This document shows, piece after piece, positions 52,130 to 64,000 of a stretch of 64,000 bases of DNA (position 1 is the first letter of the stretch; the number at the start of each line of letters is the position of its first letter). The notes beneath the pieces are model-generated. The model made no database searches and was not told the origin of the DNA. It saw nothing but the letters and a program-made list of their open reading frames with translations. The position numbers and the translations under genes were made by a program. The stretch comes from Tubiluchus corallicola (taxonomy: Eukaryota > Animalia > Priapulida): NCBI GenBank assembly GCA_030141605.1, contig JAQGDQ010000890.1, positions 19,289 through 83,288 of the forward strand. The letters are read 5' to 3'.

Positions 52130-52690
52130 AACAGATTAAGATGCATTCGGATGTTCTAGAACAGAAGTGAACAACTTTAAGACTGGGAGCAGCAGAAAAT
52201 TAACTGACGTCATCGTTTATAGATACAGTAACCTAGCAACTGTTGTAAATATGACAAATTACGCACACTGCATACTTATTTACAACAGTAAAATATGGTG
52301 TTTAATGATTTCTCAAGAAAAGCAGATTTACACGTTTCACAGAAGTCTTCTAAGGAAAGTTTTAAAGATATGTTGACAGTACATAATCAAAAACGAAGAT
52401 TTTTACACTAGAACGAAAGAAAATCCTTGGAGTTCAAAAGTCAAGATCTGAAGTTTAAGGTGGTTATCACACCTTCTCAGCTTACCAAGTAACACCGGTA
52501 ACAATTGCTATAAAGGAAGCCTTAAAAACTTGCAAAGATCCACCTGGCAAACCTAAAACAACTTGGATAGCTAAGATAAATAAAGATGTTCAGCAACTTC
52601 AACCAAATCTAGCTTTAGGAGTAGCAGAACTTACGCTGTTAGCTGCAGATAGAAGTGGGTGTAACGTTCTAATAAATGTGAATGTCTCAA
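52130..52690 (+). mobile_element. Decayed RTE-clade LINE, C-terminal region (copy 1)
   Basis: Translates with stops and shifts to ILIYNSKIWCL...FHRSLLRKVLKI...LRWLSHLL...PPGKPKTTWIAKINKD, typical of the RTE C-terminus. Confidence 0.8.
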
Positions 52691-52729
52691 TGTCTACAAT
52701 AGATGGAGTGTGTTTGACTCCCACTGCGT

Positions 52730-53731
<1,002 letters not shown>

Positions 53732-54586
53732 GCAGTAGTGAAACTACAATTAAATACATTATTTTTGAGAAATTCCCAGAATCAATGCAGATAGCTTATT
53801 TTGTGTGTCAGACAAATCAGCTCGGTTTCGAGTGACAGCACTCAATTCGCCTAAGTAAATATTATAATTGAAATGAAAGCCAAAAAAGTCAAATAAATCA
53901 GCTTAAGAGCATAAAAATTCAATTTTTCTGTAAAAAAACCACCATGGAAAACGCATTTTAGATATTTGCTCCATAAAGTCCACGCATAATACATTAAGTA
54001 ATGAAATGTTTCATAACTCTATTTTCATGTAGGTGTCTTTGTAGACCTTTACAAAAACTAGAGACATTTACACGACATCAGCCTTGTTAAGAGGATTTAA
54101 GGTGAAACTGAGACAGCCATTAAGCCGTGATATATATTTCCAGGTTTTCTTACAGAAACTTTGTGAGATAAATCCATTTTGAGGATTACTTCATGAAAAC
54201 ACCGTAAAGAATCTCAGAGCTGTTATCAATTAGAATCAGTAAGAAAAACAACTATATCAACGAACATCCACCTCTAAATCTTATTCCCATTTCCAAATCT
54301 CCAAGATTTTCCTCCTTTTGAGATATTTATAGTTTGAAAATCCTATCGTAAATTATTCAGCATTGATTTAGCGTGACGTCAGCCTGCTGCCTGCAGAATA
54401 TTGAGAACTTAGTCGCTGATGCCTTGCATAATTAACTTGTTAACAATTTGGATTTTGGTAAATTTAATAAAAATTCAGTGAATATGATTTCAAAAGTTTG
54501 TAGCAGCAGAAACACAGTTAACCGTTAACTGTACAGATTACTGTTGCGTAAGGTGTTTGATTATATTTCACCTTCGCAACACCTTA

Positions 54587-55043
54587 ACCCTTTCAGTCCC
54601 AAATTATTTTTTTAATAAGGAAAATTTTTTTGGCTTGGTACTTTTGTTCAAAATGTCCATCTTGTTTACACATAATAATTATTTTTTTCTATCTGTGCCC
54701 GTGGAATATAGCCTGTATCACACGGGATACATTGGGATTCAATGGAAGCATAAAATGTGATTCATTTTGCAACTGCTGATAATTTTTTAAAGTATTTAAG
54801 ACATTTAGTATGCATGCTATGCTGATCTGTACGAAGTCGTCTCTAAAGTACTGTACCTTGCGCAGTTTTTTTTATGCTATGTAGATTTTCTAGTTTGCCA
54901 TTTTATCACCATTTTTAGTCTATTGTTATTGCCTTAAATCAAAATAACTATTAACAGATCAAATAACTGTCAGTTTTAACATTTTATTAATTTAAAGGCA
55001 GAAAATATTCTCGTATCCTACGGGATACAACGGCATGAAAGGG
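54587..55043. mobile_element. piggyBac-like MITE
   Basis: TTAA|CCCTTTCA ... TGAAAGGG|TTAA. An internal GTATCxxACGGGATACA motif occurs twice. Confidence 0.82.
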
Positions 55044-55667
55044 TTAATGAAAGCGACAAAATAGCGCTTGTTTCTGTGATACTTGAGGACCAGAAAACAG
55101 TCACGTTCATTACCTTTTAGAAAAGCTAAGTTGCCTTTTAGAAAAAGCCATGAAACAAAAGACACGCTCACAGCAACATTAGTACCTTTCGTTCTTGTAG
55201 TGATGCCTTGTGCAAGGGCATCGTAATTGCCTCAAAGGAGTTCTACTGCAGCAGTTAATGAGCAATTTTTTCCACAATTAATTTTCGCCTTGCTCGGGTA
55301 ATAACAGTTTGCGTGCTGACAGCTCACTGAATCTTAGGCTAGGTGGGCACGAACTGAATTCTCATTAGCGCAGAAGCCAGTTGTTCAAGTGAGCATCAGA
55401 ATAGAAGACAATTTGCTGCACTAACTAAACCTGCAGTGACTTTTTGAACCAGAGAAACCAAGAGTAAGTTGTGGTGCAAACAAGCAAACACAATTAAGAA
55501 AACTTTCCCAGTGGTGAAATTAACTCAAAGAAAATATACTTAGAAAGCTGGGGGCTGAGATGAATGGAAAAGGAAAGTGGGGAAAAGCAGACTCACACAA
55601 AATGAAACCCGAGAAACTAAAAAATGCGGAGTCTAAAACTCGACAAAAAATCTAAAAATGACTGGGA

Positions 55668-55960
55668 CTGAAACTAAGTCAAAAGAAAAGAAACTTCGAA
55701 AACTTAGGACCGAAACTAGATTATCAGAAAGGAAGTTAAAAAAATTGGGATTTGAAACTAGACTAACAGAAAAGAAGTTCAAAAAACTTGGGATTGAAAC
55801 TAGATTAACAGAAAAGAAGTTCAAAAAACCCGAGATTGAAACTAGACTAACAGAAAAGAAGTTCAAAAAACTTGGGATTGAAACTAGATTAACAGAAAAG
55901 AAGTTAAAAAAACTTGAGATTGAAACTAGACTAACAGAAAGGAAGCTCAGAAAACTTCTT
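55668..55960. repeat. 42-bp tandem repeat (~7 copies)
   Basis: GAAACTAGAYTAACAGAAAAGAAGTTCAAAAAACTTGGGATT at a 42-bp period (55754, 55796 and onward). Confidence 0.9.
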
Positions 55961-57647
55961 GGATAAATTTGCACGTACTAGAAATCTCCTAAACTAGAAA
56001 GACTGAAACTGAAAGAGTTTGGGCTTGAAATTACCCGAATAGGCAATTATAAAAGTTTAAGACTGAAACTACACATGTGGATTAAAAGGAAATTTAAATG
56101 TGTTAGATCTAAAACTGGAACATTTGCGGGAAAAGATAGAGGCTGAAACTGTATGAAAATGTAAAATGACAAGGTGACATTATTGCATCTGGGGAATAGA
56201 AATCTAAAGAAGATTTGGCTATATCCCTCTTGTATACCAGGAATAATCTAGCACTTAATGGTGTCTAGCGAGACTAGTTCATAATTCCATAATCCTATGT
56301 TCACAGCAGCTCCGGAAAGCCACAGAGCAATTTGTTGTACGGAGGAGCGACGCAGTATCTAAACTAGTGTAGCGAATCCCAGTCAAGAAAGAGGCGGGCA
56401 AACTTGCCCGTTTTACAATACATGGCGTACCGTACATTTCCCTGTTTTAGTCTAAGTTCTAGTCTCGTACTGCGATTAACCACTGTGACGTAACCGTGGT
56501 TATTCTTAAATTATCTGCATTTAAATCAGAAAGAGATGTGAAATTCAAATTTGGATACAAAAGAAAGCACTGTTAAAGAAAACGTTTGCCACTCGTATCG
56601 GCACGTTTGCTCAGTGATGCTTCATTTTCATTCACAGATCTGGAAAAGACAGTTTTCGTGCGCGATGTTCCCTCTGCCAAAATTGATTGAAATTATTTCA
56701 ATATCGTTTTAATACGCTGGATCGATTGCACTGGGCAAGGGTATCTAAAAAAGGTCAGTCATTCACTTAATGGCAAAATTGACTTAGAGAAAACACGTTT
56801 AAAAAGCTTGGGACTGAGGAATGAAGCAATGAAAAAAGTAGACATCTGATTAATTTTGTTAAAAAGGTCGACCCCCGGGGGGGGGGGCAGACAAAATCGA
56901 TCAAATGACTAAAATGGTTTATTGACATGAATGTCTGTATTATTAATGTAGTTCGACTAAACTGTACAAAATATACAAAACAATCATTATATACAAGAAA
57001 TAATATGCTACCTATTGCATACAATATCATTATAGACAAAACACTTTTGTTTCTGTTTTATGCCTTTTTATAGCAATTTTTAACGGCTGGGAGAGCTATT
57101 TGTTTATGCGCAATTCAGAAAATACAACCCCTTTTCCCCCTCTCCTCTCCTCCCTTCTCATGTGAGAAGGCAATACTTTACTCTGTTTAACGTTTGGATA
57201 TTAAAATGTAAGAGAAGTCAACAGGAAAGGTCGTCACTCCCCATGTAGAAACAGCATGCAACGTGAACCGCTTAATTAAGAAATAAGATTCTCTACTGAT
57301 GACTGTGACAAAAAGACTGACTTTGTCGAGCGGAAGAAAGGACTTTGACAGAGGCGATTTACAGCAGAAATTATTAATGAGTTTGCTGTTTACATAATCG
57401 AACGCACAGACAGACAAACAACATTAATGCCTTGGATAAGGAACGTTTGTGTTTTGCAAAGGTGACCGAAACGTGCATTCATCAAGTCTTACAGCAAAAC
57501 CACTTCGCTTGCAGCATGAATTCGCAACTGTCTCTTTAATCATTATATCGGCAATATCATCTTTATTACTTGGTATGTATTACAATGATTAAAACTTGTT
57601 ATTGCACCTGGATGTTCAGAAAAAGCAAAGTTGGAAGAACAACATCG

Positions 57648-57769
57648 ACTGATCAAGCAAATGTACAGCTGTAAATGTTGATGAAGATGCAACCCGGCTA
57701 TCCATAAACTGATCAAGCAAATGTACAGCTGTGAATGTTGATGAAGATGTAACCCGGCTATCCATAAAC
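57648..57769. repeat. 60-bp tandem duplication
   Basis: ACTGATCAAGCAAATGTACAGCTGTRAATGTTGATGAAGATGYAACCCGGCTATCCATAA occurs twice. Confidence 0.9.
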
Positions 57770-58569
57770 AAGATCGACAAATATTGTGATAGTCAAGACA
57801 GCTTATTATTTCTTTATTGGTTGAAAAATACTCAACAGTACTTCATCTTTCATCAGCCTCGCGGCACGACTTTGTGTCTATTAACTACTGAACACAAATT
57901 TCTCTTACGAAGGGCCGTCGAGAGAGACGAATTGCGGCGGGAATCAAATTGAATAAGTGGAGGAAAAGCCCAACAGATGTCTGCAAATGGCCGCGAAAAA
58001 TTCTACCAAATAAGATTTGAGGTCTCACTGTGCTCTCACCCAATTCTGCTCACAAGTAGCGACTTCAAAGTGCAGTGTAAATTTTTAACTGCATGTAAAA
58101 CGCCAAGTTTTGTGTAATGATTTCAGACGAACTCGTAATGTTGAAATTGAGATTTTTTCCAATAACTTGTCTCAGTTTAAGTTTGGGAGTATGAACGTTA
58201 AAATGAATCAATTTTTTTAATGGTCACTCGTAATGTGTGGAAACTTGGAGTAAAATTGGCTTTAAAGTTCGATTTCAAATATCCCAATATGCATCTATTT
58301 GATGGGTCAAAAGTCTTGAACTGACACAATACTTTGTCTTACCAATTCAGCTGATCATTTCTCTTTCTGTAACAAGCAATAACAAATATATATTATAACC
58401 ATAACTTTAGTAATAATAGTAATCTATCATTATTACTATTATTAATTATTACTAGTTGTAATAATAGTAATTATTACTATTATTATTATCATTAATCTAT
58501 CATTATTACTATTATTAATTATTACTATTAGTAATAATAGTAATTATTATTATTATTAATAGTTTATCT

Positions 58570-58920
58570 GTCATCATTACAACCAAAAAGCTGAATTACA
58601 GTACAGCATAAAATTACAAAACATGAATTTTTTTAAAAAGAATAAGCAAGGCAGAACATTCAGCAACAAATTGTATTACACTGTTACAAGATACATGAGC
58701 GAAATAAATTAAAATTAAACGAGTCGAAACTTGAGCTTGGAAATTAAATAAGCCATATGAGATGCAACTGTTCTCGAATCTCTCTATTCTGCATCTAGGT
58801 AAAGGGGTATTCCAAATGGTGGAGTGTGCTATATCTGTGAGTTTGGGCATCTGGCAATAAAGTGTGGATTTTATTATTGGGATTTTTGAATTGATATGGA
58901 CTTCTTGCAAGAATTTTGGC
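58570..58920 (-). mobile_element. Decayed L2/CR1-group LINE 3' end
   Basis: Minus-strand peptide ...LPRCRIERFENSCISYGLFNFQ resembles the LINE ORF2 terminal LPxCxTxRFxNSFI motif. It runs into a TAA-rich tail. Confidence 0.6.
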
Positions 58921-59630
58921 AATAACAATAACAATAACGATAACAACAATAATAACAATAACAATATTTGGAACAGCAGTGTTACTAAGCGGCATCATTG
59001 ACCAATAGTTACATGTCAAAAACACAGTGAATGTCACAGACAGTCACGCAGGTAAAGAATGCAAACTAATAATAGTTAACGATTTGCGTTTGCTCTTTTG
59101 ACATGAATTGCTTAATAGGTTTTCCCCAAATCAATGTGATGATTTTTGTATGAACTATCTTGTATATCTTTGACTTTATTACTGCTGTCATTTCAAAACA
59201 CTGGATGAATGTTATTAGCAAGGTCATCTCTGCACAGATTCTCACTGTAAGTTGGAAGTGCTGCTAGGCGGAAGAAAATCCTATTAGGAAGCAAAAATGC
59301 AATCAAGACTGTCATCAGCAGTCTCACGAGGTTTTCCCGGCTGGAGATGAGTGCTTTATGGTTAGACACTTAAGCGTGCAAAGCTTAATTAGACCAAATG
59401 AGACCCCGCGAAATTCACAGCAAAGTGCTTGTCACGACTGCAAAAACTAGTAGCTACTTGCTAAAGCTGCTAAACGACTGAGGTAAGAAACATACGTAAG
59501 ATGTCAATTCAATGTTCTTGAGAGCAACTAAACTAAAGCACTTCATTAGCGAAATTAGAACTGTGTCCATCCGTCCGTTCGTGTACAATTTGAAATTGAT
59601 TGATAGCACAACGATTATCAGAGATAGGTA

Positions 59631-59735
59631 AGAGCCTAGTGGTTAAGGTGTTTGCTTAGCGACAAAAATTTAGTAGCGCCGAGACCAGTCAGTAAATGGA
59701 CAGGTGCCGGCCCAGTAGTGAACTACGCCCAGAAC
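59631..59735 (+). mobile_element. SINE with tRNA-like A box joined to a 5S-like region
   Basis: AGCCTAGTGGTTAAGG (tRNA D-arm/A box) is followed by AAATTTAGTAGCGCCGAGACCAGTCAGTAAATGGACAGGTG, homologous to 24460-24520. Confidence 0.55.
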
Positions 59736-59804
59736 TTTCTACATTTTCCCAAAACCGTAGAAACAGCTGACGACAGTATGCCATATGAAATCAGCCAAAA
59801 GCAA

Positions 59805-60140
59805 GTTTTAAGATAAAAATTGAAATTTTAATTTTACCTCTGTGCTTACGCATGGGGTTCAAACATGTGTATTACGTCACAATCGAACACATCTGAACTG
59901 AGAGGTACAGCACCTGTTTTCCATGCAATGCTTTTTCGAAATGCAGGCGCCAGTGCCTTTCTAACTAATGAATGGCAAAATGCATGTAACAGCGAGGAAC
60001 TAGTTCCGGAAACACGAAATCGCATTTCTGTGCTAATAAGTCATTTTTGAAAAAATAGCATGTTTACCTTCAATATTTTAAGCAGTAGATTGTTTTGACG
60101 AACGTGTTTAGGATTGGGTCCGGTTTAAGTGTTCCCTTTA
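59805..60140 (+). mobile_element. Dispersed repeat, homologous to 34330-34658
   Basis: See the 34330 copy. Ends CCCTTTAA. Confidence 0.8.
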
Positions 60141-60802
60141 AATATTATTATGACACTTTTATTGTGATCTAAATGTTCTTTACCCTGCGTCAGTTTTAAA
60201 GGTGAATCTTATCTGTTGTGGTGCATCTCCATTACTAAAAATCGATTACCAAGAAAGGGATGACTATTACATTATCTCTGCCTACAGCGTGCTTTTGAAA
60301 CTCTCCGCTTTTACCGAAACAGACTCAATAAGATGCTTTGACTCAATAGACAGTTCACTAATATTGATCGTTTCAATTTTTTGCCTCGAATGAACGCACA
60401 ACAAATTGGCACGTTTGGCGAACCGTACTGTGTGTTTACTTGACGGCTGCGTTATGTTTTTGTAAAAGTTTTGAAGCTGTCCCGAGGCCACACATTGATG
60501 ACGAGAACACGGGTTTCATTTGATCAAGTCCGACGCGTGTTGACGTTTATAAGCAAAGCGTTAAATAAATCCGTGTATTAGGCTTATGTCCGACGTTGAA
60601 TTGGTCTGGTGATAACTAAATTTGTTGCCATGCGAATAAATTTGAACTTTTTTGAAAACCAGCGAATGTGACGCACTGCTGGTTTCACTGCTGGCTGACA
60701 TAAGAAACATTAAACTGCACGTCTGCTGCTGCTTTAACCAAGCGCAACTACTTTAATCCGATTCTGGGCCCAATTACCAAGCTGATTAAGGTAACCTGCA
60801 TA

Positions 60803-61482
60803 TTGCAACCTAGATTTACCAAGTTTTGTAATAATAACGAAGTTCGTAAAAGTCACTAACCACTTTGGTAAAAATGTCATTTTATTTTTGTCAAAAAATT
60901 TCCCTTATTTTTGTTAAAAAACGGATCACTGGTTCTATAAGACGTTAGACACTTCAGCAAAACATGCTGGTTTTACAAACAAGTGGCCACTTTTGTAAAA
61001 ATGTCGCTAGTTTCGTTGTAAAAACGTCACTAGTTTCGTTGTAAAAATGTCACTAGTTTCGTTGTAAAAACGTCACTAGTTTCGTTGTAAAAATGTCACT
61101 AGTTTCGTTGTAAAAATGTCACTAGTTTCGTTGTAAAATTGTCACAAGTTTCGTTCTAAAAATGTCACTAGTTTTGTTCTAAAAATGTCACTAGTTTTGT
61201 TCTAAAAATGTCACTAGTTTCGTAAAAATTCCCACACACTTTTATAAAATACGAGGTTACACTTTTTGTCAAATTTTTGTCTTACTGTTTTATTCACCGA
61301 GGTTTTTTTTTACAAAACCGGGAAAATTTTTTGACAAAAATAGTAGCGTCTGGTTTTACAAGAGTGGGTATGTTTTTTTACAAAATAGGTGACATTTTTA
61401 CCAAACAAGTTATTCTTTTTACAAAACTTTACAAAAGTGCGAGTTTTTATAAACTTGGTAATTTTACAATTTGAGGTTGCAA
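60803..61482. mobile_element. Foldback-like element with long imperfect inverted arms and an internal 23-bp array
   Basis: Ends TTGCAACCT / AGGTTGCAA. The arms share TTACCAAGTTT, TTTGGTAAAAATGTCA and TATTTTTGTCAAAAAATTT. TAGTTTCGTTGTAAAAATGTCAC repeats ~10 times at ~60995-61225. Confidence 0.7.
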
Positions 61483-62773
61483 CGTTCCTTTTACAAATTT
61501 AGTGACAAACTGCATAAAGTTCTTTACCACTGCAGCCTTGCTGAAGACATTAACATGGCACCCAAGATATCTTAAATAATCCTTCGTTGTCATAACAGTT
61601 ATAATCATCTAAATGTTTTGGCCACTTCTGCACTGTTAATTCTATTCAAGCTGTTATCCAACTCTGTTATAATGATACATGCTGTGGAACAGCATATCTT
61701 CAAATGCTCTCAGACTGTTTGTTTTACTTTTGTCTTGTCTTGGTTCCCTTTTTGTCTTAGTTTTACACCGTAAGGGAAAATTTCATCCTCAGCTTTTTGG
61801 CGTAGTGTGGGAGCCTAGTTGGGTTACGTAGTAACTAAAAAATATAACAGAGTCAAAACAGTAAAAGGTTTTTAGGTAAAATGCATAAAACCAAATCTTG
61901 TGTGAAAAATCACTGTAATACATAGAACTTGTTTAGCTCTTCCGCATACTGTTTGTCGAAAATTACTGTAATCAGTTTCGCATATATCTTTACACAAGGC
62001 AAGGTAAACAGTTGAGTGGTTACGGTGAATGCTACACAAGGTTAGATGAGTTACAACCGAGAAACTACCACTAAACAAATTCAATTGCCATACTGCCCAG
62101 ATGTTTCTCTCCCAGATGGATATGTACTGGATAACCGAATGTGAGTAAGGTACCTCTGCTAATACAGTGTGTCGTCTCAGAAGATTATCATCGCAAGTGT
62201 GATGGAATGCTGGATTCCAGCTTCAAGTATGCTGAACTGTAGAAAAACTGCGTGCATGAAATACCAGACAAGAATTCAAAACCAGTGAGAATGATTGGCG
62301 ACTCGCTATTACTCAAATATAATAATGTACATACATGTATACAACTATAATTTTTTGATGGAACGATATTATTTATTAAACGACTTTTTTAAATATCTTT
62401 TCTAATTTCTGCTCGTCTTTCATGTTGAATAAAATTTTTTATCTAAAATTGCAGACGGTTTGGTAGCATAGCGTTTCAAGGCTTGGTATTTTAATTTTTC
62501 AAGAACTTGGATTGTCAGTAACTTGAAGAATTGGATTACTGGTTCAAGGTACAGTAGTTCAGAATGAATTAGTAGATCAAAATCAGTACAGTGATTTTTG
62601 GGGCACACTGTATAGTGCAGCACGTTCAAGAAAATCATTATTAATTTTTCTTATAATTAATAAAACAGCTGAATGACGTAATAATTGTTCATAATTTGCA
62701 AGTAAAGTGTTTTATTACTATGAATCGAAGGTTTATGTTTGTAACGGTTTGTCAAAAATTGAATAATTTACTG

Positions 62774-63074
62774 TTTATAGTCAAAACACAACAACTTTAT
62801 TAAAACTTTTAAGTTACATAGTTAAAAAATCCTGTCAAACGTTTCGACAGACTGCCGTCATCATCAGTGGTAAGTTTTTTACAAACATACAAGCAGTTTA
62901 TATAGGAAGGCCTGCAGTATAGAACATTATGCATTAATTATGTATTTAACAGAAGCCAAACAGGTAATGAATAAGCGACCAGTAGAAAAGAAATTGATAC
63001 AATAAAATTGTGCAGGTATTTTTTAACTATGTAAATTAGAAGTTTTAATAAAGTTGAGGTGTTTTAACTATAAA
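62774..63074. mobile_element. Penelope-like pseudo-LTR remnant with inverted duplication
   Basis: 62774-62830 is the reverse complement of ~63018-63074 (contains AATAAAGTTG). A hammerhead-like motif abuts the left arm. Confidence 0.6.
62831..62874 (-). ncRNA. Minimal hammerhead-ribozyme-like motif (PLE type, probably decayed)
   Basis: Minus strand: CTTACCA CTGATGA T GACGG CAGT CTGTC GAAA CGTT TGACAGG. Has the core boxes, a 5-bp stem II and a palindromic AACGTT stem III. Stem I is partly mismatched. Confidence 0.5.
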
Positions 63075-63101
63075 ACCTTTTAAGCGCCTTTAATAAAAAA
63101 A

Positions 63102-64000
63102 ATTCTGTTTGTTTGTGATTAATATGAGTTACATTTATTTAAAGAAGTAGCTTGCACAATTACATGTTCATCACTGATGCTGATTCTGTTTGTTGGTGAT
63201 TAATATGAGTTACATTTATTTAGAGAAGTAGCTTGCACAATTACATGTTCATCACTGATGCTGATTCCGTTTGTTGGTGATTAATATGAGTTACATTTAT
63301 TTAGAGAAGTAGCTTGCACAATTACTTGTTCATCACTGATGCTGATTCTGTTTGTTGGTGATTAATATGAGTTACATTTATTTAGAGAAGTAGCTTGCAC
63401 AATTACATGTTCATCACTGATGCTGACTTGTTTGTTGGTGATTATCGAGTTACATTTATTTGAAGAAGTAGCTTGCATAATTACATGTTCATCACTGATG
63501 CTGATTCTGTTTGTTGGTGATTAATATGAGTTACATTTATTTAGAGAAGTAGCTTGCACAATTACATGTTCATCACTGATGCTGATTCTGTTTGTTGGTG
63601 ATTAATATGAGTTACATTTATTTAGAGAAGTAGCTTGCACAATTACATGTTCATCACTGATGCTGATTCTGTTTGTTGGTGATTAATATGAGTTACATTT
63701 ATTTAGAGAAGTAGCTTGCACAATTACATGTTCATCACTGATGCTGATTCTGTTTGTTGGTGATTAATATGAGTTACATTTATTTAGAGAAGTAGCTTGC
63801 ACAATTACATGTTCATCACTGATGCTGATTCTGTTTGTTGGTGATTAATATGAGTTACATTTATTTAGAGAAGTAGCTTGCACAATTACATGTTCATCAC
63901 TGATGCTGATTCTGTTTGTTGGTGATTAATATGAGTTACATTTATTTAGAGAAGTAGCTTGCACAATTACATGTTCATCACTGATGCTGATTCTGTTTGT
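63102..64000. repeat. 81-bp tandem satellite (~11 copies, runs off right edge)
   Basis: ATTCTGTTTGTTGGTGATTAATATGAGTTAC...CATCACTGATGCTG at an 81-bp period (63183, 63264 and onward). Confidence 0.97.

Overview
This is AT-rich, microsatellite- and transposon-rich invertebrate animal genomic DNA with GT-AG introns. The taxon cannot be fixed from sequence alone. I reconstructed two spliced protein-coding genes by hand, both on the minus strand. (1) The first four coding exons of ANKRD13C (ATG at 4061), which runs off the left edge. (2) A complete multiple-cysteine-cluster (protostome-type, Tollo/18-wheeler-like) Toll-like receptor in 11 coding exons (21338->6297). The exons sum to 3387 nt (1128 aa plus stop) and all intron phases are consistent. 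The TLR is unusually intron-rich, with one intron in the TM helix and three in the TIR domain. It has Ala instead of Pro in the TIR BB loop, and several splice features could give truncated or decoy isoforms. The remaining ~41 kb upstream of the TLR holds no recognisable host CDS. It is a mosaic of MITEs, a nested solo LTR, LINE remnants, tRNA- and tRNA/5S-derived SINEs, decayed Penelope-type hammerhead motifs, and mini/microsatellites. It also has two orphan exon-like segments that might be distal 5' exons of the TLR. Most ORFs in the supplied track are microsatellite artefacts.
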